Shown in pieces: positions 47,184 to 56,008 of a DNA stretch of 64,000 nt (position 1 is the stretch's first letter; every line of letters starts with the position of its first letter). This DNA comes from a virus. Taxonomy: Duplodnaviria > Caudoviricetes. The stretch is from the IMG/VR virus record IMGVR_UViG_3300037067_013379, positions 1 to 64,000 of that record. One strand, given 5' to 3'. The notes below the pieces were generated by a model. It did no database searches. It worked only from the letters and a program-made list of their open reading frames with translations, and was not told the DNA's origin. Position numbers and translations under genes: made by a program.

Positions 47184-47819
47184 ATGGCGTTTATCAATGA
47201 CGTTGCACCGGGACAGGTCATTTCATCTGCCACCTGGGGAAATCGTATCCGCGACCAGGTCATTAGTACCGTAGCGAACCTCGCGGCGGCCCCGGCAACC
47301 CCGGTCGAGGGGCAGCACATTTACACGCAGGACACCGATCGTGTCTACTACTACAACGGCACGTCATGGTGCCCGGTAGCTGGTCAATGCATCGCGCGGG
47401 GAAACCGAACGACGAGTTCGAGCACCACGACCAGCGAAATTGGGGTCATCAGCGTAGCGGTGGACCTCAAGGCCGGCCAGATGATCATTATCAAGCTCTC
47501 GCCGTTGCTGCTCTACTCCAACACGTTCGGCGACTTCGTGTTCGGGCGGTTGCGCTACACCACTGACGGCTCGACGCCGGGCACGTCCAGCACGATCCTC
47601 GCCACCGTAGCGGGCTACACGGGCGCCGCCCAGTCGGTTACCCCGCTCGTGGCCAAGTACGTCCCCGGCAGTGACATCACGTTCGGGTTGCTGCTGACGA
47701 CAGGGCGAGGCTCAGGGACCGGGACGGTCGGGCTTGTCGTCAACTCCAACGTTCCGGACATCGACCTTATGATCATGGCCGCTGGGGCCGACCCCGGCGA
47801 CACCGGCGTCGACATCTAA
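47184..47819 (+). CDS. Tail fibre/receptor-binding-like minor tail protein
   Basis: GQVISSATWGN.IRDQ; P.EGQ.IY..DTD..YYYNGTSW. Confidence 0.65.
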   Translation: MAFINDVAPGQVISSATWGNRIRDQVISTVANLAAAPATPVEGQHIYTQDTDRVYYYNGTSWCPVAGQCIARGNRTTSSSTTTSEIGVISVAVDLKAGQMIIIKLSPLLLYSNTFGDFVFGRLRYTTDGSTPGTSSTILATVAGYTGAAQSVTPLVAKYVPGSDITFGLLLTTGRGSGTGTVGLVVNSNVPDIDLMIMAAGADPGDTGVDI

Positions 47820-47830
47820 AGGGAGGAACC

Positions 47831-48235
47831 ATGATCGAGCAGCGTCCGACCAATCCGGACGGAACCACGGGACTATGGGACACCGAACAACCTGGCTACG
47901 TCGAGCGCGAACGCCGGTGGAGTGCCATGGTTATGGGGCCGGACATGGCCGTCGTCGTGCGCTGGGAGCCGGTGCTCGGGCCGAACGAGGACTGGTCCGG
48001 GTACCCTCCGACGTACGAGTTGACGTGGTCGGAGTGGCAGGCGAACCACGAGACGCAGTATCAACTGTCGCTCGACGGCACGCCGATCACGGTCGTCACC
48101 GAACGCAAGGCGGCATGGCGGCACGTACGCAGGCTCGCGAACGGCACGGACGCGTACACAGAGGAGAACGTCCGTCGGGCCTTCGGATCCCTCCTCCGCA
48201 TCATCTCGGACCAGATTCCGGAGGTTCCGGACTGA
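47831..48235 (+). CDS. Tail-associated hypothetical protein
   Basis: GGGAGG RBS; position in the tail module. Confidence 0.6.
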   Translation: MIEQRPTNPDGTTGLWDTEQPGYVERERRWSAMVMGPDMAVVVRWEPVLGPNEDWSGYPPTYELTWSEWQANHETQYQLSLDGTPITVVTERKAAWRHVRRLANGTDAYTEENVRRAFGSLLRIISDQIPEVPD

Positions 48236-48236
48236 T

Positions 48237-48386
48237 CTACGCCAGCATCCCGGCGACTATCATCGCGATCGCCGCGACGGCCAGGGCGACGACGGCAACG
48301 ACTGCCATCGGCGAGAAGTCCGGAGTTCGCGGAACGTAGGTCTCGATGTCGTCGTCTGCGCTAGTCAACGTCGGCGTCATACCCAT
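48237..48386 (-). CDS. Small single-TM protein
   Basis: MAVVAVVALAVAAIAMIVAGMLA hydrophobic C-terminus. Confidence 0.4.
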   Translation of the reverse strand: MGMTPTLTSADDDIETYVPRTPDFSPMAVVAVVALAVAAIAMIVAGMLA

Positions 48387-48465
48387 ATCATCACACCCCA
48401 CCATGGCGGCCCGTCCTGGCCGGTCCAGGTGGGTCGTAGCGCGACAAATCGAGTAAGGAGGCCCG

Positions 48466-49467
48466 ATGGGACACTGGACCGACCTACCGGCCGTGTGGCA
48501 CCAGGCGGCCGACAACTTTGGCGATGGCGACTACGTACCGAACGAGCCGGCCGACCGGATGGCGGCCGTCAACGGCATCGCCCTACACATCGCGCAGGGA
48601 TCAGGCGCCGGAACCGTCTCCTGGTGCGCTAACCCGTCGTCGGACGTCGGCCCCCATTTCGTCGTCGACGAGTCCGGAAACATCACGCAAATGGTCGACA
48701 CCGACGACTATTCGTGGTGCCAGGCCGCGGGAAACCGATACTGGTTGTCCGTCGAGAACGCCGGCTGGTCCGGCAACCCGTTGACGGCCGGGCAGATCGA
48801 GGCAAACGCCAGGATCCTTGCCCGCGCACACCAGGTGTACGGAGTCCCGCTGCAGGCGACCGACAGCACGTCCGGGCGCGGTCTCGGCTGGCACGGCATG
48901 GGCGGCGCGGACTGGGGCGGCCACTACGACTGCCCCGGAGAGCCGATCAAGGCACAGCGCGGGGCAATCATCGCCCGAGCACAACAGATCATCGATGGAG
49001 GGGGAAGTACGACCATGTCTGAACTTACCGGGTACGACCGCCGGGCCCTGGACAGCATCCTGTACATGCTGTACACGACCTTGGCCACCGATTCGGACCC
49101 GATTATCTCCGTCCACGTCGTGGACGGCGCACAGAAAACGTGGCCGAACAAGCTCCGGCAGCGGCTGGTAGCGATCGCCTCCGACGCGGAGACGATCAAG
49201 GCTGGGGTCGCCGACCTCCAGGCGCGGCCAGCCCCCACCGCGACGCTCACCGCGGGGGATCGGGCAGCCATCGCCACGGCTGCCGGCACGTCTGCGGCTG
49301 CGGTGATCGGCGCGCGGATCGACGACCTCGATGGGCAGATCGAGGTGGTACGCGGACTGGTCGGGGCTCTGATCACGGCGCTTGGTGGCGTCGGCGGTGT
49401 CCTGCAGACGCTGCAGTCCGTGCCGGCCCTGTCTACGGATGACGGGTCCGACGCGTCGGCGTCGTGA
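48466..49467 (+). CDS. Endolysin, N-acetylmuramoyl-L-alanine amidase (Amidase_2)
   Basis: IALH, PHFVV...G.I.Q.V, SVEN.G, H...W.GH..CPG motifs; helical C-terminus. Confidence 0.85.
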   Translation: MGHWTDLPAVWHQAADNFGDGDYVPNEPADRMAAVNGIALHIAQGSGAGTVSWCANPSSDVGPHFVVDESGNITQMVDTDDYSWCQAAGNRYWLSVENAGWSGNPLTAGQIEANARILARAHQVYGVPLQATDSTSGRGLGWHGMGGADWGGHYDCPGEPIKAQRGAIIARAQQIIDGGGSTTMSELTGYDRRALDSILYMLYTTLATDSDPIISVHVVDGAQKTWPNKLRQRLVAIASDAETIKAGVADLQARPAPTATLTAGDRAAIATAAGTSAAAVIGARIDDLDGQIEVVRGLVGALITALGGVGGVLQTLQSVPALSTDDGSDASAS

Positions 49468-49531
49468 CGTGAGGCCGCGGGGCCGTACCTACCAGGCTGG
49501 TACGGCCCCCGCTCTCGAGGGGGTGGCACTG

Positions 49532-49786
49532 ATGATCAAGGGTGGGTGGCGTTCCGTCGGGTTCCTCGCGGCCACGGCGGCCTTGGTCGGTTGGGAGTGT
49601 TTTGCGTCGTGGGACGGCGATCCCGGGACGTCGCCATGGACCGATCTGATCGTGACGTACGTGCCGGGGGAGGTCGCGGCCGTTCTGCTGGGCGCGTTGA
49701 TCGCGTGGTTGCCAGTGCACTTCGGACTGCGCTACTACCGGAAGGCCCGGGGCCGGCAGGACGACGGCGGGGGGAACGGGTCGTGA
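49532..49786 (+). CDS. Holin-like membrane protein
   Basis: Two TM segments, basic C-terminus, immediately after the amidase. Confidence 0.55.
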   Translation: MIKGGWRSVGFLAATAALVGWECFASWDGDPGTSPWTDLIVTYVPGEVAAVLLGALIAWLPVHFGLRYYRKARGRQDDGGGNGS

Positions 49787-50151
49787 TCCATGGCGGGTCG
49801 GTGACGATCACGTTCCGGGACGTGCCGGTTGAGTTGATCGATGTTCTATTTGGAGGGATCGTGCTGGGCGAGGTCGGCTACAAGGCGTATGGCGATTCGG
49901 TGGGGTGGAAGAACTACCTCGGCCGACCCATGCCGGAGTGGGGGGAGTTGCCGGAGGCGATCCGTGGCGCGTGGATCGCTGCGGCCGGGGCGATCGTGTC
50001 CGCAGCGACGAGGTTCTACGACGAGGGCACGGCCGCTGGTTGGTCGGGATGTTCGTGTGGGCACCTGGCGACGATGCATGACGTGGAGGAGGCGTCCGGG
50101 GAGGGGCCGGTGTGTTGCGTCGACGGTTGCGGTTGCGGGTCTGGCGGTTAG
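49783..50151 (+). CDS. Hypothetical protein with C-terminal Cys/His cluster
   Basis: GYKAY...MPEW.ELPE..R.AW; CSCGH...H...C..GC.C. Confidence 0.55.
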   Translation: MIHGGSVTITFRDVPVELIDVLFGGIVLGEVGYKAYGDSVGWKNYLGRPMPEWGELPEAIRGAWIAAAGAIVSAATRFYDEGTAAGWSGCSCGHLATMHDVEEASGEGPVCCVDGCGCGSGG

Positions 50152-50246
50152 GATCACGGGACGGCTGTCGTTTTATGCGACTGGGCGGCAGCCGGTTTCC
50201 GTTATCTGGGCCGGTGCGTACGCTGGGTGGATCGCAACGACCAGCG

Positions 50247-50283
50247 CGAAGGCCCCCACCATGGGCTACGGTGGGGGCCTTCG
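50247..50283. terminator. Bidirectional terminator-like hairpin
   Basis: CGAAGGCCCCCACC...GGTGGGGGCCTTCG. Confidence 0.7.
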
Positions 50284-50293
50284 TCATGTCGGG

Positions 50294-50983
50294 TCACCAG
50301 CGTGTGATGTCCGTCCCGTACTTGCCGATCATCTCCTCGGCGATCGCGGTGAGGTGTCGGTGGACGTCCGCGACGGTGGCGCGTTCCAGTGGGCAGTGGT
50401 CCCAGGTGTAGTGGTTGTCGTAGGTGTACCCCCACCAGCCGCCCTCGGTCTCGATGCTCGTGACCCGGTGGCAGGTGGCGATGTGAACTACGGGGTCTCC
50501 CCACCGGTCGATGTTTTGGTTTCCCCTGATGCGCAAGCCGTTTGGGTCGCCCTCTCCGATGATGAGTTGGTAGCTGTACCCGGTGTTGACGATCCGGGGG
50601 CCGGTGTGGACCGGGGGGTATCCGATGATCTGGCCGGTTCGGGTGTCGCTGTCTCGGCGGGTCTGGTAGTTCCGGACGCCGGCCTTCCGGCCGTGTCGGG
50701 TGATGTGGATCTCGAAGATGGTGTTGTTGTCGTAGACCCGGAAGTAGGCGACGTACCGGGAGCCCTGGGTGCGCTGGCCGGTGTTGGGGTCGCGGTGTCG
50801 GATGACGGGGAGGCCGGTTTCGGGGTCGATGATTTTGCCGGTCTTGACCAACTCGTAGGTGTTGACGACGTCGGAGATCCGGTCGGTGCGTCGGCATGCC
50901 TCGGCTCCGACGAATGAGGTTCCGATAGTGATCCACAGTTCGTTGTGGTTCGCGTCGTATGCGGTGATCGTATAGCGCTTCAT
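50294..50983 (-). CDS. Hypothetical protein
   Basis: AGGAACC RBS; downstream of an operator-bearing promoter. Confidence 0.7.
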   Translation of the reverse strand: MKRYTITAYDANHNELWITIGTSFVGAEACRRTDRISDVVNTYELVKTGKIIDPETGLPVIRHRDPNTGQRTQGSRYVAYFRVYDNNTIFEIHITRHGRKAGVRNYQTRRDSDTRTGQIIGYPPVHTGPRIVNTGYSYQLIIGEGDPNGLRIRGNQNIDRWGDPVVHIATCHRVTSIETEGGWWGYTYDNHYTWDHCPLERATVADVHRHLTAIAEEMIGKYGTDITRW

Positions 50984-51030
50984 GGTTCCTGCCTGTCTGC
51001 GTCGTTTGTCTTGGTTCCCCCAGAAAATAC

Positions 51031-51067
51031 CACACCCGTTAGGGGTTGCGATCCCCTAACGGGTGTG
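51031..51067. promoter_or_regulatory. Perfect 15-bp inverted repeat operator (CGTTA-N15-TAACG) over a leftward promoter
   Basis: CACACCCGTTAGGGG-TTGCGAT-CCCCTAACGGGTGTG. Confidence 0.65.
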
Positions 51068-51073
51068 GGTGGT

Positions 51074-51262
51074 CTATCGGGTCTTCCACGTCTCGACGAT
51101 GATCGACCCGGGATGCCTCTCGCGGAGCATGGAGCGGAGGTCGCGGAGGCCGGGGCCGTACTGGCACGTCATCGGATCGCCCTCGACGACGTAGTTGTAG
51201 GCCCAGCGCGGAGCGCGTCCCGGATTGATGAGGCGGTAGCGCGTGACGGTGATGGTCTTCAT
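51074..51262 (-). CDS. Small hypothetical protein
   Basis: GGAG RBS before MKTITVT. Confidence 0.6.
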   Translation of the reverse strand: MKTITVTRYRLINPGRAPRWAYNYVVEGDPMTCQYGPGLRDLRSMLRERHPGSIIVETWKTR

Positions 51263-51266
51263 GTGA

Positions 51267-51637
51267 TCACTCCGTGGTGGCGTGTTGACGGTGGTAGGCG
51301 CGGAGGGCGGTGATGACGTCGTCGAGACGACCGGCCTCGACCGAGGTGACGAGGCGCTCGAACCGGGTCGGCTCGTTGTCCTTAAGGAGGGAGCGTGCCA
51401 GGACGTCTCGGTCTCGATGGGGCCGTTGCGGTAGCCGTCGAGTTCTGTCGCTCGGGTGCGGATCGCGTCGATGACGGCCGCACGCTGGGCTGGGGTGACG
51501 TTGTGCCGGGGGAAGGTCTTCGGGGTTGGGGTGGTGAAGCCGGCCCCGTGGCAGTTGAAGCACGCGCCGTGGGCGAACTGGCCGGTTCCGCCACAACGCC
51601 GGCAGCGCCTGGCGCCCTTGGGTGTCGTGATGATCAC
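51267..51637 (-). pseudogene. Zinc-finger (CxxCxGxG x2) protein with an apparent 1-nt frameshift
   Basis: GAGGAGG RBS; ...IETETSW continues as ARSLLKDNEP... in another frame near 51395. Confidence 0.5.
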
Positions 51638-51677
51638 GGTTCCTCCTCGTTCGTCTTGGTTCACCCCGAACATACCA

Positions 51678-51711
51678 AGGGCGTTAGGGATACGCAACCC
51701 CTAACGCCCTT
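51678..51711. promoter_or_regulatory. Operator CGTTA-N15-TAACG over leftward promoter TTGCGT-17-TATGTT
   Basis: AAGGGCGTTAGGG...CCCTAACGCCCTT. Confidence 0.65.
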
Positions 51712-51729
51712 GTAGGTGGAGTGGATCGT

Positions 51730-52278
51730 TCAAGCGAATATGGCGAACACGGCCGACGTCATGAACATCGACATCGCCCAGACGAGGGCGAGGGGGTAGA
51801 CGACCCGGACCTCGACAGGACCCCCGCACTCGATGCGGTAGCCGTAGGGGAGGCGGACCGGGTCGCGGTTGAACGGCCCGTACGCGGGGGCTCCCCGGTA
51901 GGTGCAGCAGTCCCCGGCGATGTGGACGAGCCACCCGACCATGACGGCGAGGCCGATCCACCACAACGACGGGTGGATGAGACAGGCCAGTAACCCGAGG
52001 AGAAGGCCGTTGACGATTCCGGTGCTGATCCAGTGGGTGAGGCCCCTGTGCCCGAACGCGGCCTCGATCACGTCGGACATGCCGGGGATCAATCTGTTGA
52101 TCTGTCGCCCTGGACGGCTGTCTGGGTTGTCGACGTCCGGGGCCTTCGCGGCGGCCCAGGTGAGGAGGGCACCGGCGACGGTCACGTAGTAGGGGTGGTT
52201 GAGGTCGAGCGCGCGGGCGAGTGTGTCACCGGACATCCACACGGCGAGGCCGGTCACGCCGTGGGTCTGCGTCATCAT
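51730..52278 (-). CDS. YdjM-like metal-dependent membrane hydrolase
   Basis: TH, PDVD, GHRGLTH and H..GD motifs with TM segments. Confidence 0.82.
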   Translation of the reverse strand: MMTQTHGVTGLAVWMSGDTLARALDLNHPYYVTVAGALLTWAAAKAPDVDNPDSRPGRQINRLIPGMSDVIEAAFGHRGLTHWISTGIVNGLLLGLLACLIHPSLWWIGLAVMVGWLVHIAGDCCTYRGAPAYGPFNRDPVRLPYGYRIECGGPVEVRVVYPLALVWAMSMFMTSAVFAIFA

Positions 52279-52520
52279 GGCTGGTTGCTCCTTCGGTTGC
52301 CGCTCCCGGTCATCGACTCGATCGCGGCGAGGACGTGTTGGCGCTGGTACCGGCGGGTGTCCCGGGGGCCGTAGCGGGGGAGCGCGGGGACCTTGTAGCG
52401 GGTGAGCATCTCCCGGACGGTCCACCGGCTGAGGCCGGTCACGGCCACGAGGTCAGCGATCGTGACGATCGGGTTGACGTTCGTGGCCGTGACCCGGTTC
52501 CACCCTTTCGGGTTGGTCAC
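52275..52520 (-). CDS. MerR/excisionase-like HTH protein
   Basis: VTIADLVAVTGLSRWTVREM...RRY....V. Confidence 0.6.
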   Translation of the reverse strand: MTNPKGWNRVTATNVNPIVTIADLVAVTGLSRWTVREMLTRYKVPALPRYGPRDTRRYQRQHVLAAIESMTGSGNRRSNQP

Positions 52521-53347
52521 TTGCTGTCGCCGGGGTCGGTGTTCCCGGTGGTTTCCTCGCGCTTGTCGTGCCCGATGCCCATGGCACGGCGGTAGGCGAG
52601 GTTGATGGTGATGGGGTCGTGGGGGATGTCGGGGGCGATGATCCCGATTCCCAGGTCGTTGGCGACGTCGAGGGTTACGACGAGCATCACCTGGCCGTCT
52701 TCGAGCGCTGGTACGCCCATCATCTGGCAGGCGGTTTCGTACTGGTCGCGGGTGAAGTGGTCGAGCATGAGTCCGGCCGCTTCGAGTGCCTCGGCGCGCT
52801 CGTTCTGTTCGGTGATCTCCTCGACGTGGATGCCGACGGACCGGCGGTAGTTGAGGCGCATCTTGACGGCCTCGGCCGGTTCGATGTCCTCGGGGACGTA
52901 CTGGCCGTGTCCGCAGTCGCAGAATTCGTCTTTGATCGATTCGTCGGTGTCGGGTTCGACCTCGGCGATTCGGCACGCGGTCTCGTAGAGGTCGCGGGTG
53001 TAGACGTTGATCTGGATGTAGCCGGTGGGGTCGGGGTTGACGACCCGTACGGCCTCGTCGTCGGTGCGGTAGGGCTCGGTGAGGAGCCAGGAGGGTTCGG
53101 TGTCGGTGCCGTGGTTGACGCACGTCGCGCCGTAGGGCCACGGGGTGTCCTTGAGTGCCTCGGCGATTCGGGTTTCGATGGCGAAGACCCCGCCCCAGAG
53201 GTTGCTGGCGTTGAGGAGTTTCTCGGCGATACGCCGGGCTGCCTTCGCTGTGCGGTAGGGGATGTTTCGCGTGATGTCCCCGTCGATCACTACGTACCAG
53301 GTTCCGGATTCCTCGGCTACGTCGTAGGTGTGGTTGATCACGGTCAT
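52517..53347 (-). CDS. Hypothetical protein
   Basis: GAAAGGA RBS; upstream ATGACA-18-TACAAT promoter. Confidence 0.7.
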   Translation of the reverse strand: MTVINHTYDVAEESGTWYVVIDGDITRNIPYRTAKAARRIAEKLLNASNLWGGVFAIETRIAEALKDTPWPYGATCVNHGTDTEPSWLLTEPYRTDDEAVRVVNPDPTGYIQINVYTRDLYETACRIAEVEPDTDESIKDEFCDCGHGQYVPEDIEPAEAVKMRLNYRRSVGIHVEEITEQNERAEALEAAGLMLDHFTRDQYETACQMMGVPALEDGQVMLVVTLDVANDLGIGIIAPDIPHDPITINLAYRRAMGIGHDKREETTGNTDPGDSK

Positions 53348-53487
53348 CCTTTCGTTGTGTTGACCTCGCCTGATTGTACGCCATGATGGCGTGTCTTGTC
53401 ATGCGTGCGTTACCCCTATCGACCATCTGGCACGGTTGTCATCATAGGTAAATGGCGCACGTCGTACCCCAGGCGTACCCTGGCGGT

Positions 53488-53676
53488 ATGACAACCACCG
53501 ACCGCGAGCGCCAGCGCGTCATCGACGCTGTGACCATGGCGGCTCTCGATGGCATCGACGAGGCGGAGATGTACCGGCTCGTCCGTGCCGGTCTGGACGC
53601 GGCCGGTCGGATCGAGGCGGCCCGTGTGCCGATCGACTGGGACAACCTCCCGACGATCGGATCTTTAGCCGCGTAG
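53488..53676 (+). CDS. Small hypothetical protein
   Basis: Helical ORF ending at a hairpin. Confidence 0.5.
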   Translation: MTTTDRERQRVIDAVTMAALDGIDEAEMYRLVRAGLDAAGRIEAARVPIDWDNLPTIGSLAA

Positions 53677-53685
53677 ACCACGACA

Positions 53686-53722
53686 CGACGAAGGCCCCGG
53701 GATAACCCCGGGGCCTTCGTCG
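53686..53722. terminator. Bidirectional terminator
   Basis: CGACGAAGGCCCCGGG...CCCGGGGCCTTCGTCG. Confidence 0.75.
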
Positions 53723-53731
53723 TTCATCCGG

Positions 53732-55981
53732 TCAGACGAGCGTCCGGTGGTAGTACCGGTCGTCGACCTTGTCCAACTCGCCGTACTTGGTGGTCATGGC
53801 CTTCAATACCTCGAACAGGTTCCCCCGGCTGTACCGGAACCCCTCGGCGCGGAGGTTGGTCTCGATCTCCCCGGCCCGGAGGCCATTCGGATAGATGTCG
53901 GTCAACATCAGGTTGAGGCGCTCGCGGAGCGTCGTGGTTGGCGCCTCGGGGATGGTCTCCCCAATATCGGGCATAACGGTCGGGGTGGTGGTGCCGGCCG
54001 GCTCGACGTCGACGGGGCAGTGCCCTTCGAGCATCATGTGCTGCCCGCTGGTCAACGCCTCGAAGATGTCCGTGTCGGACGGGGTCGCGGTTTGGGTGGT
54101 GGTCCGGGCCTCCGCCGCTGGTTTCCGCCCGGTTCCCAACCGGTCGACCTGGTTGAGTAGGTTCGCCGTGGCGGACCCGGCTCGTGGTGCGGCCGGGGCC
54201 TCGGTGGTTGTGGTGGCCGAGCGTCGTCCGGCCTGGGTGTCGGGGTCCTCGCCCCGTTCGATGGCCGCGAGGCGCTCGGCGCGTCGCTGGTGCCTGCGGG
54301 TGTAGGCGGTTCCGTTGGTGACATCGACGAGCGCCGGGTGGTCCAGGAGTTCCTCGTAGTTCTCCGGGTCGCGTCCGGCGAACACGTCAACGAGTTTGAT
54401 ATTGGCGCAGATCGCCTGTCCGGCCTGGTCGAGTTCGGGGCGGAGGTTCGCGCAGTCGATCGCGTGCCGTTCGACGAACACGGGGGGGACGTCGACGGAT
54501 CGGCCGACGACCGGCCGGTAGTCCTGCGTGGTCCGGTAGACCCACGCGGAGCCGGTATGCATGAGGCGGACCCGGCCGGGGTTCCGGCCGAGGACGTGAT
54601 CGTATTCGCCTTCCTCGTCCATCCGGAGGCATACCCGGATGGAGCACACGGCGCGGAGGGCCTTGTCCAACAGGTCGGCCGTGCCGCGTAGGACGCTCAT
54701 GATGACCCGGACGCCGGTTTCCCGGCCGATCTGGGCGAGGCTGGAGATCTGGGAGCAGACGATCTGGCCGAGGACGCTGGCGGCCTGGCGGACCTCCCCG
54801 CCCTCGTCGGTGATGACGACGACGGCTGGTTTCTTGGGGGACACGGGGAGGACGTTGGTTCCCGCGTCGCGGCGCATCTGGACGGCTTCGCGGTCGGTCT
54901 TGCGGCCCTTCGCGATACCCTTCGCGCACGCCATGATCACGGCAGATTCCTCTTCGGTGTCGCCCAACCAGTCGATGATCGGCTTGGACACCTTGCCTTC
55001 CTCGAACGGCCGGTTCCACGGTGCGCCGAGTCCGCCACCGTTGAAGTCGATGACCCAGATCAGGGCGTCCGTGCACCGGGCGAGGTACGCGATGATGCGG
55101 TTCAGGAGGGTGGTCTTACCGCTGCCCGTGGTACCACCAATGATCATGCAGAAGATGCGGAGGCAGACCATGAACCAGTTGCCCTGCGGTGAGCGCATGA
55201 GCGGGAAGGGGTCGTTGATCGACGCGGGTGCCGGGGTCTCGTGGTCGTCGAGAAGGATGTGGTCCTTCAGGCAGTCGCGGAGCATGACCCGGATGACGGC
55301 CTCACACTGGTAGTCCCCGTCGAGGACGGTGACGACGCAGCCCTGTGGGAGTCGCAACTGTGGGGACGACTGGATCTTTCCGCACAGGTCGACGAGGTCC
55401 CGGGGTTCCATGCCCTCGACCAACGACACCCGGATGTCGATACCGTCGTCGGGGGTTTCCCACGGCTCGATCTTGATGACGGAGATGCTGGTCTTCGACA
55501 ATCGGCGGAGGAGGGCCTGCATGTCTTCCTCCTGCCGGGTGCGTCCGGGGGGCAGGCCGTAGTTCGGGTCTGCCGCTGCGGCTGCCGCCTCGGCCTCGGC
55601 CCGTGCGGCTTTCTCCGCTGCCGCTGCCGCCTCCAGTTCCTCCTTGGTTGGGGGGATTGGGAGGGCGAGCATGACGGTGGTGCCGGTGGCGACGCCCACG
55701 GCGAGGACGACGACTCCGAGGGCCGTGACTCCGGCCGCTGCCGCGACGCTGGCCCAGATCGAGCCGGCCGCGACGAACAGGGCCGTCACGGCGGCTCGGG
55801 GTGCCGTGGTGCGGGTGTACCGGGCCTCGTACGTGGCGATGGCGAGGAGCATGCCGGCCGCTGCTGGTACCACGGCCGGGATGCCTGGGATGGTGCGGCA
55901 TGCGAGTGCTGTGACGACCGGACCGAGGAGGCCGATCGTCGCGTAGGACGGGACGTGGTTGCTTGTGGTGGTGTGTTTCAC
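53732..55981 (-). CDS. traB: FtsK/SpoIIIE-family TraB-like conjugative DNA translocase
   Basis: N-terminal TM helices; Walker A GTTGSGKT; Walker B VVITDE; LAQIGR..G; C-terminal wHTH-like region. Confidence 0.8.
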   Translation of the reverse strand: MKHTTTSNHVPSYATIGLLGPVVTALACRTIPGIPAVVPAAAGMLLAIATYEARYTRTTAPRAAVTALFVAAGSIWASVAAAAGVTALGVVVLAVGVATGTTVMLALPIPPTKEELEAAAAAEKAARAEAEAAAAAADPNYGLPPGRTRQEEDMQALLRRLSKTSISVIKIEPWETPDDGIDIRVSLVEGMEPRDLVDLCGKIQSSPQLRLPQGCVVTVLDGDYQCEAVIRVMLRDCLKDHILLDDHETPAPASINDPFPLMRSPQGNWFMVCLRIFCMIIGGTTGSGKTTLLNRIIAYLARCTDALIWVIDFNGGGLGAPWNRPFEEGKVSKPIIDWLGDTEEESAVIMACAKGIAKGRKTDREAVQMRRDAGTNVLPVSPKKPAVVVITDEGGEVRQAASVLGQIVCSQISSLAQIGRETGVRVIMSVLRGTADLLDKALRAVCSIRVCLRMDEEGEYDHVLGRNPGRVRLMHTGSAWVYRTTQDYRPVVGRSVDVPPVFVERHAIDCANLRPELDQAGQAICANIKLVDVFAGRDPENYEELLDHPALVDVTNGTAYTRRHQRRAERLAAIERGEDPDTQAGRRSATTTTEAPAAPRAGSATANLLNQVDRLGTGRKPAAEARTTTQTATPSDTDIFEALTSGQHMMLEGHCPVDVEPAGTTTPTVMPDIGETIPEAPTTTLRERLNLMLTDIYPNGLRAGEIETNLRAEGFRYSRGNLFEVLKAMTTKYGELDKVDDRYYHRTLV

Positions 55982-56008
55982 GGCGTCCTCCTCTCCGGGT
56001 TGGTTTGG

